Below are positions 38,848 to 48,309 of a stretch of 64,000 nt of DNA, one piece after another (position 1 is the first letter of the stretch; each line of letters opens with the position of its first letter). Source of the DNA: Planctomycetota bacterium. Lineage in GTDB: Bacteria > Planctomycetota > Brocadiia > JAADGH01. A program made the position numbers and the translations under genes. The notes under the pieces are model-generated. The model ran no database searches and was not told the origin of the DNA. It saw only the letters and a list, made by a program, of their open reading frames with translations. The DNA is taken from contig JBFMAD010000007.1 of assembly GCA_040755855.1 (NCBI GenBank), positions 1 through 64,000 on the forward strand, given 5' to 3'.

Positions 38848-40410
38848 CTACTTGACCTCCTCCGCTACGACGCTCGGCCACGTGTCCGTGCGGAAGGGCG
38901 ACGCGGGCAGGCCCGCCTTGTTATAGAGATTGCATCCCAACGGGTTGTCCGCCCAGGCGTAGCGCACGGCGACCGGCTTCTGCACCTTGTCGCTCGATAC
39001 CACCACGGTTTCGCCGTCAATCTTCGCATCGGCCCAGACGAACTTCTTGTCCTCGCCGGCGATGGCGAACTGCTTCAGGGGTCCTCCCTTCGCATCGAGT
39101 CCGCCGCCGACCTGCGTGAACTGAATGCGAATTTTGTCTCCTTCGATCTTGACGGAGTCATAGAGCGGCCCGCAATACACGACGTTCTCGCCGTAGACCT
39201 TCGCCCGCGCCCACAGGGCCAGGCGGTCGCCGACGTCCCGCTTGTTCTTCGGGTGGATGTCCTTCTCCTCGCCGATGTCTATCGTGATCGCCATGCCCGT
39301 GTTCGGGGTGGAGAGCGACTGCAGGAACGACTCGCGGATCACCGCCCACTCGCTCTCGCCTGGTTCGGGCTGAACAGCCTTGTAGTTTGGGAGCTGGACG
39401 AACAGAAATGGGAAAGCGCCCTGGCCCCACACCTTCCGCCAACTGCCGATCATTGCAGGCAAGAGCTTCCGGTACTGATATGCCCGGCCGCCCTTGGCGT
39501 TGTTCTCGCCCTGATACCAGATGGCCCCACGGATGGCGTAGGGAACTATCGGCGCGATCATGCCGTTGTAAAGGAGCGTCGCAGCGTTCCTGTATTTCGG
39601 CGAGGGCGGCCTACGCTTCTTGCTCTCGTCGAGCTTCCCCTGCTTGCGTAGCTCCGCCATCTTCTCCTTCCATACCTTGAGCGTCTCCTGGTATTCTCGA
39701 ACGGCCTTGTCGAAATCCGCCACGATCTCCTTCCACTCCGGCTGCTCGATGATCTGCTTGAGTTCGGGGTCGGACTCGAAGCCCTCGCGGGTGGTCCACG
39801 CCTCGGCGGCGGTCCCGCCGACGGCGCTCTGGAGAATTCCGACGGGCACGTTCAGCTTCTGGTGAAGGTTGAGGGCGAAGAAATACGCCGTCGCGGAGAA
39901 ACCTCCGGCCGTCTCCGGGCTGCAGGCCTGCCATGCGCCCTCGCACTGCTCCTGCGGCGCGACGGCCTGTTTCATGGGAACCTTGAAGAAGCGAATCTGC
40001 GGGTACTTCGCCTCGGCCACGTCCTGCTCGGCGTTCGCTGTGCGCGAGACGGTCATGGCCATGTTCGACTGCCCCGACCCGACCCATACCTCGCCGATAA
40101 GGACATCCTTGATCGTGATCGTGTTCTTCCCCGCCACGGTCATCTCGAACGGCCCGCCGGCCGGGAGCGGATCGAGCTTGACCATCCACTTGCCCTTGTC
40201 GTCGGCTGCAGCGCTTGCCTCTTTGCCGCAGAGCTTGACCGTCACCTTCTCGCCCGGTTCGGCCCAGCCCCAGACGGGCAACGGCGTGTCACGCTGGAGG
40301 ACCATGTTGTCGCTGAAGAGCGCATGGGGCTTGACATCGGCCACACCCCAGGACGCAACACCGCAAAGCACAAGAACAATGACCAGGAAAACAGAACGTC
40401 CTCTCATCAC
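38848..40410 (-). CDS. Sialate O-acetylesterase (SASA family), paralog 2
   Basis: GEVWVGSGQSNM, WYQGENN, DIHPKNK, PASPFRTD. Confidence 0.9.
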   Translation of the reverse strand: MMRGRSVFLVIVLVLCGVASWGVADVKPHALFSDNMVLQRDTPLPVWGWAEPGEKVTVKLCGKEASAAADDKGKWMVKLDPLPAGGPFEMTVAGKNTITIKDVLIGEVWVGSGQSNMAMTVSRTANAEQDVAEAKYPQIRFFKVPMKQAVAPQEQCEGAWQACSPETAGGFSATAYFFALNLHQKLNVPVGILQSAVGGTAAEAWTTREGFESDPELKQIIEQPEWKEIVADFDKAVREYQETLKVWKEKMAELRKQGKLDESKKRRPPSPKYRNAATLLYNGMIAPIVPYAIRGAIWYQGENNAKGGRAYQYRKLLPAMIGSWRKVWGQGAFPFLFVQLPNYKAVQPEPGESEWAVIRESFLQSLSTPNTGMAITIDIGEEKDIHPKNKRDVGDRLALWARAKVYGENVVYCGPLYDSVKIEGDKIRIQFTQVGGGLDAKGGPLKQFAIAGEDKKFVWADAKIDGETVVVSSDKVQKPVAVRYAWADNPLGCNLYNKAGLPASPFRTDTWPSVVAEEVK

Positions 40411-40486
40411 AACTCCTTTGGCTGACGAACAAGGTTGCAGCTGGGGTGGTAGGGGAGATGATACCGTGTCGAAGAGCAGAAGTCAA

Positions 40487-41287
40487 TCACTCATCCCGAA
40501 GACGCCGGGCCAGCTTTCGCATCTCCCGTTCGACGATCCAGGGCGAGAGGCCCTCGGCCAGCTTCATGGCCTTGCCCTGGAAGGGGATGACCAGATCGAC
40601 CTTCTCGCACTCGATGGCGTGAACGATGGATTCGGCGACGTCTTCGACCGAGGCATATGGCCCGTCAGGCCGCCGCCCGCCGCCGACACGTTTCTCCTTC
40701 TCGAAAAACTCGGTCCTGGTGTAGCCGGGATAGACGACCATAACGCGGATCGGCGTGTCGCACAGCTCCGCCCGCAGGCTTTGGCTCAGGTTCGCCAGGG
40801 CCGCCTTGCTCGCAGCATAGACACCGATGTAGGGCACCCCGTGGAGCGCGGCCACGGATGCGATGTTGACGATCATCCCGCTTCCCTGCTCCCGCATCAG
40901 AGGCAGGACCTCGAACATGCACCGCGCCGCCCCGAAGAAGTTCACGTCCATGGTCCAACGGAACTCGTCCATCGAGGTCTTCTCGTTGCTGCCATAGACG
41001 CCGACGCCTGCGTTGTTCACCCAGATGTCAATGCCGCCAAGCTGTTCCTTGCATCGTTGCACGAGGGCGCGAACCGATTCGTCGTCGGTGACATCGCATC
41101 GGACGGCGACGGGCCTGGGGGCCTCGGGAAACCTTCGGGCGATCTCCTCCACCGCCTCGTTCAGCCGCTCCTCCCGCCGTGCGGCGAGGATCACGGCAGC
41201 CCCCCTGCCGGCCAGGGCCGAGGCCAAGGCCCGGCCGATGCCGGATGATGCGCCGGTGATGACGGCTCGTTTATCCTTAAGATCCAA
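40487..41287 (-). CDS. SDR oxidoreductase
   Basis: TGASSGIG, NNAG, IAS, YAASK; TTG start after an AGGAGG RBS. Confidence 0.92.
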   Translation of the reverse strand: MDLKDKRAVITGASSGIGRALASALAGRGAAVILAARREERLNEAVEEIARRFPEAPRPVAVRCDVTDDESVRALVQRCKEQLGGIDIWVNNAGVGVYGSNEKTSMDEFRWTMDVNFFGAARCMFEVLPLMREQGSGMIVNIASVAALHGVPYIGVYAASKAALANLSQSLRAELCDTPIRVMVVYPGYTRTEFFEKEKRVGGGRRPDGPYASVEDVAESIVHAIECEKVDLVIPFQGKAMKLAEGLSPWIVEREMRKLARRLRDE

Positions 41288-41305
41288 TAATGCGGTCCTC
41301 CTGAT

Positions 41306-42718
41306 TTATTTCGACCATTGCACCTTCAACGCATCGCAGCGCTTTCGCAGCTCCACAAGCGTCGCCTGATACTTCGGATCGCCTGCCAGGTTGGTTTCCT
41401 CCATCGGGTCGGCCTGCAGGTCGAACAGTTGCTCATACACGGGGTCCTCGGCGATGTAGCGGATGTATTTCCACCGCTCTGTGCGGACTCCTTCGCAACG
41501 CGGGATCGACTTGTTCTTCCACAGATGCTCGCAGAGGAAGTCCTTGCGCCACTCCGGCGTTTCGCCTTTCAGCAGCGGCCGGAGGTCCCGTCCCTCGACG
41601 CCGCCCGGCACGGGCACGCCCGCGAGGTCAAGGATCGTCGGCATGATGTCCACATTGAGGGCCATCTCCTTGATCCGCCGACCGCGCAGCGCCGCCGGGG
41701 CGCGGGGATCGGCGATGATGAGCGGCACGCGGATCGACTCCCCGTAGAGCAGCCACTTTCCCGCCAGGCCGTGCTCGCCAAGAAAAAACCCGTTGTCCGA
41801 TGAATAGATGACGACCGTGTTGTCGGCAAGGCCCTGCTTCTCCAGCTCCTCCAGCACACGTCCCACGACCACGTCCACGCCGTGCACCAACCGGAAGTAT
41901 CCTTTGACCATTTCCTGGTATTGCTCCGGCGTGGAGAAGCGATAGCCCCAGCGCGTCCGGCCCAACGATTCCTGGATGAACTTGGGCAGCGCATTGAAGT
42001 GCTCCGGCGTGGCCGTCTTAGCTGTGGGCATGACCATGTCCTTGAACAGGTCCTTGTAGGCGGGGTCGTAAAGGAACTGCCGTGGGTCTTTGTCCTGGAC
42101 ATGCGGGGCCTTGAAGCTGACGGACAGGCAGAAGGGCTGGCCCTTCGAGCATCCCTTGAGGAACTCGATGGCCTCCTCGCCGAGGATCTGCGTCAAGTGG
42201 CGCGTCTCCTGTCCGTTCGGGTTCTCGCTCTTCGGGAAGTACTGCCCGCCAGCGGGCCTGTAGAAGTCGAATGTCCCCTCCGGCCCGCCGTGCTTCTTCC
42301 AATCCACGACGACGCCGAATTTGCCGATGAAGCCGGTGCGGTAGCCGGCCTTTTTCAGAAGGATGGGATAGCTCTGCTCCCACGCGGGCCAGGAGATGAT
42401 CTTCTCCTTGCCGAATGTGAAATCATGCTTGCACTCGTACTGTCCCAGAAAGATGCTCGCCCGGCTGGCGGCGCAGATGGGGGTCGTGACAAAGGCATTC
42501 TCAAAAAGGCTTCCTTCTCTTGCCAGGCGATCCAGGTTCGGCGTTTTAAGGATGGGATGGCCGGCGCAGCTCATTGTGTCCCAGCGCTGGTCGTCGGTGA
42601 GTAAGAAGAGGATGTTCGGTTTCCTTGCGCGTTCCTCCTGGCCAACCGCAACCGATGCCCCTGCGGCAAGGCCCGCGCCCCCTATCCCGAGTCGTCTGAG
42701 GAATTCTCGTCGCTTCAC
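41306..42718 (-). CDS. Tat-exported Cys-type sulfatase
   Basis: KRREFL twin-arginine leader; TDDQR, CAASRA, APHV, SSDNG. Confidence 0.92.
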   Translation of the reverse strand: MKRREFLRRLGIGGAGLAAGASVAVGQEERARKPNILFLLTDDQRWDTMSCAGHPILKTPNLDRLAREGSLFENAFVTTPICAASRASIFLGQYECKHDFTFGKEKIISWPAWEQSYPILLKKAGYRTGFIGKFGVVVDWKKHGGPEGTFDFYRPAGGQYFPKSENPNGQETRHLTQILGEEAIEFLKGCSKGQPFCLSVSFKAPHVQDKDPRQFLYDPAYKDLFKDMVMPTAKTATPEHFNALPKFIQESLGRTRWGYRFSTPEQYQEMVKGYFRLVHGVDVVVGRVLEELEKQGLADNTVVIYSSDNGFFLGEHGLAGKWLLYGESIRVPLIIADPRAPAALRGRRIKEMALNVDIMPTILDLAGVPVPGGVEGRDLRPLLKGETPEWRKDFLCEHLWKNKSIPRCEGVRTERWKYIRYIAEDPVYEQLFDLQADPMEETNLAGDPKYQATLVELRKRCDALKVQWSK

Positions 42719-43809
42719 TTGTAGAACCCCGCCTTGTAGCCCTCGTCCATCATGGCCACGAAGTTCTCAACCGGGATATAGTTGGCGATGGAGTTCCCCG
42801 ACCCCAGCGCCCAGCCGCCGCCGGGGGCGCACCTCTCGATCAGGACGCGGGTGTGCGCGCGGACCTCGTCCACGGTCATGCGCGAAAGCTTGTCCATGTC
42901 GAATCCGCCGAGGACCGTGATCCGGTCGCCCCACTTCTCCTTCGCCTCCCAGACCGGCTCGATGACATCCTCAAAGGAATGGATGCCGTCCCACCCGCAG
43001 CCGATGATGTCCTCCATGATCTTCGAGCGGTTGCCGCAGGCGTGGAGGATGGCCAACTTGCCGTGCTTGTGCACGGCCTCGACGACCCGCTTGTGCCAGG
43101 GGAATAAATACTTCCGCAGCGTCTCGGGCGAAAGCATGCTTTGGGTCTTGAAGCCGATGTCATCGCCGAGGGCCAGGGCGCCGACGACGTCATGAGACGC
43201 CACCTTGCCAAATGCCTCGACCATCCGCGACCCGACCGCATCGAAGACATCCTGCACCAGTTGCGGATCGTCGTAGAGGAGGTAGCTGATCCCCTCGTAG
43301 CCGAGGAGCCACATGGCGTTTTCGAGGACGCCGCCCGGGCCGATGCAGATCACCTTCATGCCCTTCGGCAGATACTTCCCGACGCGCTCGAAGGGGGAGT
43401 AGTCCACCTTCGCCATGTCGGGCCAGGGGTATTTCTCGAACTCCTCGCGGTTGGCGATGTCGTGCGTGTCGGCCAGGACGTAGGACCGTTCGCCGCATGG
43501 GGTCATGCCCTTGCCGCGCTCGCCCTTCTTGGGGAAATCGAAGCCGTAGGGACGCACGACGATGTAGTCGTAGCCGAGGGCGAGCATGTATTCGATGTGC
43601 TGCCGCCAGGCCTTCGCCTCCTTCTCCTTCGGACTGAGTCCACCGTCGGGGGACTGATCCAGCTTGCCGAGGAGCTTGAGCACCGGGCCTTGAAGCTGGG
43701 TGAAAAGCTCCAGGAAGGGCACGCGGTCGGGCACGCCCTCGCGCCGGAGGACCATCTCTAAGCGGCGGAAGTCGGGGTCGGGCTGAATGGATAACGTGCT
43801 GGCGGCCAT
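42715..43809 (-). CDS. Uroporphyrinogen decarboxylase / MtaA-CmuA family protein
   Basis: PDRVPFLE, GDDIGFK, LHACGN, GGFDMDKL, GGGWALGSGNSI; GGAGG RBS. Confidence 0.85.
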   Translation of the reverse strand: MAASTLSIQPDPDFRRLEMVLRREGVPDRVPFLELFTQLQGPVLKLLGKLDQSPDGGLSPKEKEAKAWRQHIEYMLALGYDYIVVRPYGFDFPKKGERGKGMTPCGERSYVLADTHDIANREEFEKYPWPDMAKVDYSPFERVGKYLPKGMKVICIGPGGVLENAMWLLGYEGISYLLYDDPQLVQDVFDAVGSRMVEAFGKVASHDVVGALALGDDIGFKTQSMLSPETLRKYLFPWHKRVVEAVHKHGKLAILHACGNRSKIMEDIIGCGWDGIHSFEDVIEPVWEAKEKWGDRITVLGGFDMDKLSRMTVDEVRAHTRVLIERCAPGGGWALGSGNSIANYIPVENFVAMMDEGYKAGFYK

Positions 43810-43858
43810 AAACACCTCCATCCTTCTCAGTAGCATAAGGCGATCATCGTTGACGCCG

Positions 43859-43887
43859 ATTATACCGGCCCAATCCCAACACATCAA
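43859..43887 (-). promoter_or_regulatory. Sigma70 promoter of the URO-D/sulfatase/SDR operon
   Basis: Minus strand TTGATG-17 nt-TATAAT. Confidence 0.6.
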
Positions 43888-43970
43888 TCGGGAAAAGGCG
43901 CTTGACAATTGTCATCAATTCCGGTACTCAATAGGGGCAAAGGGGGGGCTTTGGGCGTTTTGCCGGCCGG

Positions 43971-45572
43971 ATGATGTACCTGTCTGATGGAGTTCGATTT
44001 TTGCCGTCCCACCAAGGTATCTGTTCCACCGCACCGCAATCAAAGGATGAAGCAACGAGGCCATTTCTCAGCCGCCGTCTCGGGCGATTGGCGTCTTTCG
44101 CGATTGCAGCCCTGTTGCTGGCATATGCGTTTGCCTTCCAGGGAGTGCGGGGGGTTTGGGACCCGGATGAAGGGCGGTACTGCGCCGCAGCTCTGGAGAT
44201 GATCCGGACCGGCGACTACATCCATATTCAACTGCCTACAGGACATCCCCACTACACCAAGCCGCCGTGCACCTATTGGCTTCTTGCTGCAAGCATGAAA
44301 TACCTTGGGGCGAATGAGTTCGCCGCGCGGTTGCCAAACTCGCTTGTTTTCTGGGGAACATGCCTGCTCCTTTGGGGCCTGGGACGGCGATTCACGCCTA
44401 CCCAGGAGTGGCTGCCGGCTATTGTCTATGCAAGCTCCGTGCTCACGGTAGTGGCCGCTCATATTATTACTACGGATACTATCCTTGCGTTCTTTGAAGT
44501 GTTGGCCGTGTTCGCCTTCCTCTCCTGCCGGACTGCGAAGGGCCGACTGCAACAGCATCTATTCGTCTGGCTCATGTGGGCGGCGTTCGGCGCGGCCTTT
44601 CTCACCAAAGGCCCTCCGGGGTTGCTGCCGCTACTGCCGATCCTGGTTTTCTCCTGTATCGCCGACGGCCTCAAGAGGACCTTGCTGCGGGTCGCCCATC
44701 CCGGCATCTTGGCTTTTCTCGTCATCGGGTTCGGGTGGTTCATCGTTATCATCCGCTCCGATCCTTTCCTCCTTAATTACTTTATTCAGCGCGAGGTGGT
44801 GGCGCGGGTCGCATCGGGCGTGCACAACAGGAATCCGGAATGGTACGCCGGTTTTATCATTTACGCGCCGACCCTCCTCGTCGGTTGCTTGCCTTGGGTG
44901 AAGCCCTTCCTCACCGGGTTGGCAAGGGCGCCCCGATTCTGCCGGTGGGATCGTTGGCGGGAGATTTCTCGGACAGACCCCATCGGCCTGTTTCTAATCC
45001 TCTGGTTCCTGCTGCCAATGGCGGTTCTCTTCTTCTCGCGCTCTCGCATGTTCTTGTATGTGGTGCCGTTCTACGCACCTGTCGCGCTGCTCATGGCTAA
45101 GGCGATGGAACAACGCTCGCACACGTGGGGCCGCCGCATCGGCCTCCTAATTGTCATTTGGTGTTGTTTCGTCTCCACGTGGCGCATCGCGTCGGCCCGA
45201 GTGTTAGACGATAAGAACACCCGATACTTCGCGCAAACGATACAGGAACGGGTAAACTTTCCATTCCATGAAATTGTGTTTGTGGACACGCAACCGCGCT
45301 ATGCCCTGAACTTCTACCTCCACACCGAGATAGAGCGCGTGTCGCTTAGGGAGGTTTACCCATCCAAGCGGGAAGGAGGCTATGAATCGCTCCTCGCCGA
45401 GCTGCAGGAACCTGACGGCGCCGACATGTCCATTTACATCCTCAAGGAGGAACATTCCACCGAGTTCGAGCGCGCAGCCGTCAAGTATGGCTATTCGCCG
45501 ATCCTGCTCGGACAATGGGACGAATTCCGAGTCTATTCCCTCCGCCCGACCGGCGGGGCTGCCCCTTTATAG
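43971..45572 (+). CDS. ArnT/PMT-family (GT83/GT39-like) lipid-linked glycosyltransferase
   Basis: DPDEGRY, KPP, AARLP, LTKGP and many TM segments; exact start uncertain. Confidence 0.88.
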   Translation: MMYLSDGVRFLPSHQGICSTAPQSKDEATRPFLSRRLGRLASFAIAALLLAYAFAFQGVRGVWDPDEGRYCAAALEMIRTGDYIHIQLPTGHPHYTKPPCTYWLLAASMKYLGANEFAARLPNSLVFWGTCLLLWGLGRRFTPTQEWLPAIVYASSVLTVVAAHIITTDTILAFFEVLAVFAFLSCRTAKGRLQQHLFVWLMWAAFGAAFLTKGPPGLLPLLPILVFSCIADGLKRTLLRVAHPGILAFLVIGFGWFIVIIRSDPFLLNYFIQREVVARVASGVHNRNPEWYAGFIIYAPTLLVGCLPWVKPFLTGLARAPRFCRWDRWREISRTDPIGLFLILWFLLPMAVLFFSRSRMFLYVVPFYAPVALLMAKAMEQRSHTWGRRIGLLIVIWCCFVSTWRIASARVLDDKNTRYFAQTIQERVNFPFHEIVFVDTQPRYALNFYLHTEIERVSLREVYPSKREGGYESLLAELQEPDGADMSIYILKEEHSTEFERAAVKYGYSPILLGQWDEFRVYSLRPTGGAAPL

Positions 45573-45589
45573 TCCTCCGGCAATGTCAA

Positions 45590-46705
45590 TCACGAGCGCG
45601 GGCGGTAGAACACCTCGCTCACCGATCGGTTGTAATGTATGCGGTTGATAGTCCGGGCCAAGGTATCCGACAGGCATTTGACCGTGACGAAGTCCAGCGA
45701 CTTGAACTCCTCCGTCTGCGGGATGCTGTTGGTGACGACCACCTTCTGAAGGTAGTAATCCGAACGCAACTCCGCCAGCCGCGCCCGGGCCTTGCCGACG
45801 CACAGGTTGTGAGACACGCCGAGGTAAACCTCCTCGATCCCCTTCTCGTCCACCAGTTTCTCGACGAGGGCGCAGGTCGTGCCGCCACCGCTGATCATGT
45901 CGTCGAGAACGACGGCCACACGTTTGCCGGCGAAGTCGCCGATGATCTCAGAGATAACCACCTCCTCGGGCCGCGGGCGGTACTTCGACGCGATGGCGCA
46001 CTTCAGGTCCAGCGCGCGGCCGAAGTGCGTGACGAACTTCGACGCCCCGGCATCGGGGGCAACGGCGATCACATCCTCTCGATTGCGAAACGCGCCGAAT
46101 TCCTCGATGAACAAGGTCAACGACTCGAGAGTGTTAACAGGCATGCTGCCGTAGAAGCCGCGAATCTGGTCGCAGTGCGGGTCCCAGACGATGAGGCGGG
46201 TTATCCCCGCTTCGATCGCCATGTCGGCCATCAGCTTGGCCGTGGTCGCTTCGCGGGTGAACTTGGTCGGTTTGTCCTGGCGCGCATAGGCGAGATAGGG
46301 CAACACCCCTGTCACGAAGCGTGCGCCATGCTCGCGAAAGGCGCGAGCGGCGATGAGGAAGGCCATGTAGTTCTGGTCAATGCTCAGTTCCGACGTCGGA
46401 TCGAACAACGCCTGAATGAGGAACACATCGTAGCCGCCGACATGCATATCCAGCCGAACGCAGGTCTCCCCGTCGGTGAAACGACGGTCAATGTTAGCGA
46501 GATGCAGAACCTTGTCCCGGCTGCCCGCCTCGGCCAGGAGTTCGTTGTAGCGCGTCACCACGCTTTCGGAAAGATACGATCCGGAGCAGCACCCAGCGAT
46601 GAGCAGCGTCCCCCGCGGCGAGTCCATGCGCTCCGACTGCTCCCGGGCAAATCGCTCCGGCGTGAAAAAAGCCTTCTTGCCCGCGTCCGATTCCTCCGAC
46701 CTCAT
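45590..46705 (-). CDS. prs: Ribose-phosphate pyrophosphokinase (PRPP synthetase)
   Basis: FTDGE, PYLAYARQDK, DPH, APDAGA, VLDDMISGGGT, TNSIP; GAGGAGG RBS before ATG 46705. Confidence 0.92.
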   Translation of the reverse strand: MRSEESDAGKKAFFTPERFAREQSERMDSPRGTLLIAGCCSGSYLSESVVTRYNELLAEAGSRDKVLHLANIDRRFTDGETCVRLDMHVGGYDVFLIQALFDPTSELSIDQNYMAFLIAARAFREHGARFVTGVLPYLAYARQDKPTKFTREATTAKLMADMAIEAGITRLIVWDPHCDQIRGFYGSMPVNTLESLTLFIEEFGAFRNREDVIAVAPDAGASKFVTHFGRALDLKCAIASKYRPRPEEVVISEIIGDFAGKRVAVVLDDMISGGGTTCALVEKLVDEKGIEEVYLGVSHNLCVGKARARLAELRSDYYLQKVVVTNSIPQTEEFKSLDFVTVKCLSDTLARTINRIHYNRSVSEVFYRPRS

Positions 46706-46736
46706 CGCACTTCCTCCTCTCTGAAACCACACCAAT

Positions 46737-46770
46737 AAAAAAGCCCAAGAGCAAATTCGCCCTTGGGCCT
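46737..46770 (-). terminator. Intrinsic terminator (attenuator 3:4 hairpin) upstream of prs
   Basis: Minus strand AGGCCCAAGGGC-gaattt-GCTCTTGGGC followed by TTTTTT, about 30 nt before the prs start. Confidence 0.85.
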
Positions 46771-46801
46771 GGTCATCGCGTCGAGTGTTCGGGAATCCGG
46801 T

Positions 46802-46900
46802 TTATCCGATCCCCGAGCTGGGCGCAGACCAAGCCCGCCGCATCGAATGGTGATGATGCAGATTCGCCTGGCCTGTCCGTGGTTCCCAACTCAACGTCAT
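46802..46900 (-). CDS. Histidine-rich leader peptide, 32 aa (MTLSWEPRTGQANLHHHHSMRRAWSAPSSGIG)
   Basis: GGAG RBS 7 nt before ATG 46900; CAT CAT CAC CAT at 46858-46847; lies between a promoter and a terminator with alternative pairings. Confidence 0.8.
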   Translation of the reverse strand: MTLSWEPRTGQANLHHHHSMRRAWSAPSSGIG

Positions 46901-46924
46901 CGAATATCTCCCGTGAACGGATGA

Positions 46925-46953
46925 TATATACCATACCGCCATCCCAAAGTCAA
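46925..46953 (-). promoter_or_regulatory. Sigma70 promoter for the leader-prs transcript
   Basis: Minus strand TTGACT-17 nt-TATATA with an extended -10 TG. Confidence 0.65.
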
Positions 46954-46966
46954 GGCCCTGTCCCCC

Positions 46967-48307
46967 CTATTCCCCTTTTGCATACACACGGACGTATTCC
47001 TTATCTGCGGCCTGGCGTTCCATGAAGGCCACGAGTTCTCCGCGCAGAGATTCCACGATGTCGGCATTGCCGCCAACAATGTTTCTCTCCTGTCCCGGAT
47101 CTTTTTCACGATCATAAAGCTCCGGCGTGTGCGGCTTCCGCCCGAAGATCGCCGTGTGTGTCTTCGTCGTCACCGTAATATGCGACGGCAGATAGTCTAT
47201 CCGGCCGGGTCCCGACCCGCTGTGGCAGCTCGTGAAAACCGCGTCGTGGCATTCTTTCGTCCGGCCCTTGAGAAGCGGGACCCACGAACTACCCACCGTG
47301 TCAGGGGGCTTGACCCCGCACACGTCAAGAACGGTCGGCATAATGTCCGCAGCCTGGCAGAGGGCGTTGATCTCCTTCGGCGCATCGAAGGGCGTCCAGA
47401 CCAGAAGCGGCACGCGCGCCACCGTGTCATACAGCGGCCAGGGGTCCTCCGGATCAACGGTGTGCTTCCCGGCCCGCTTGTGCTCGCCAATGTACATGCC
47501 GTGGTCCGATGTGAGGATGATCGTCGTATTTGCGAAAAGCCCCAGCAACTCGATGTGCCGGAGCAGGTGGCCCACCCACCGGTCAGTGAGCGTCACCTCG
47601 CCGGCGTAGCGGGCGCGCAGACGCGCCAGCTCGTGGGGCTGGTAGATGTCGGTGTAGCCATAGTTGGGGTAGGAGTAATCCAGGCCCTTGTAGTTCTTGC
47701 TGTAGAGGCCAATGTAGTGCTTCGGCGGGTTCCAGTCCTCATGGATTTCGAAGGTGTCCACCCACAGAAAGAATTTTTCTTTCGTGAAATTGTCCTCCAG
47801 CCACTCGCAGGCCCGCATCATCGTCCGGGCGACAAACCAGTCGTGCTCGTGGCGGTAGTGCGAGGTCCGCACCCGGTCGCCGATGAAGCCTCGCCCACCC
47901 TGACGCATGTTCGACAGGGGGACGGGTATGTCCACGTCATCGCGCGTGAACCCGTCCTGCACGTTTTTCTCGATGAGGAAATACTCGTCGTAGTATTCAC
48001 CCAGCCCAGCCTTGACATTGTTCTGCGTGTCGAGCACCAGCCCCGTGAAATACCCCGCCTCCCGCAGCAGCGACGGCAACTTGGGCTGGCCCTCGTCAAT
48101 GCCCACCCACCCTATGCGCGGCCAGTTCACATCCCCCGTGTAGGCGTCAACCCGCATGGGGACCGTGGGAAATGAGCCGCAAAACGCAGCGTTGAACTTC
48201 GTCGCGGTCCTCGCGTAATGGTCTATGCACGGCGTCTGCACCCAGTTGTCGTAGCACCCAAGCGCGTCCCAACGGAGCGTATCCAGACAGACGACAATGG
48301 CGTTCAT
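46967..48307 (-). CDS. Sulfatase-like alkaline phosphatase superfamily hydrolase with Thr at the nucleophile position
   Basis: VCLDTLRWD, SFPTVPMR (TxPxR), EIHEDW, TSDHGMY. Confidence 0.85.
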   Translation of the reverse strand: MNAIVVCLDTLRWDALGCYDNWVQTPCIDHYARTATKFNAAFCGSFPTVPMRVDAYTGDVNWPRIGWVGIDEGQPKLPSLLREAGYFTGLVLDTQNNVKAGLGEYYDEYFLIEKNVQDGFTRDDVDIPVPLSNMRQGGRGFIGDRVRTSHYRHEHDWFVARTMMRACEWLEDNFTKEKFFLWVDTFEIHEDWNPPKHYIGLYSKNYKGLDYSYPNYGYTDIYQPHELARLRARYAGEVTLTDRWVGHLLRHIELLGLFANTTIILTSDHGMYIGEHKRAGKHTVDPEDPWPLYDTVARVPLLVWTPFDAPKEINALCQAADIMPTVLDVCGVKPPDTVGSSWVPLLKGRTKECHDAVFTSCHSGSGPGRIDYLPSHITVTTKTHTAIFGRKPHTPELYDREKDPGQERNIVGGNADIVESLRGELVAFMERQAADKEYVRVYAKGE

Positions 48308-48309
48308 AC

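Noticed and set aside
46737..46920. ZTP or PRPP (ykkC-type) riboswitch upstream of prs
   Set aside because: Apart from a GGGAACCAC-like word, the conserved aptamer elements are not visible. The His uORF and four-segment pairing explain the region better.
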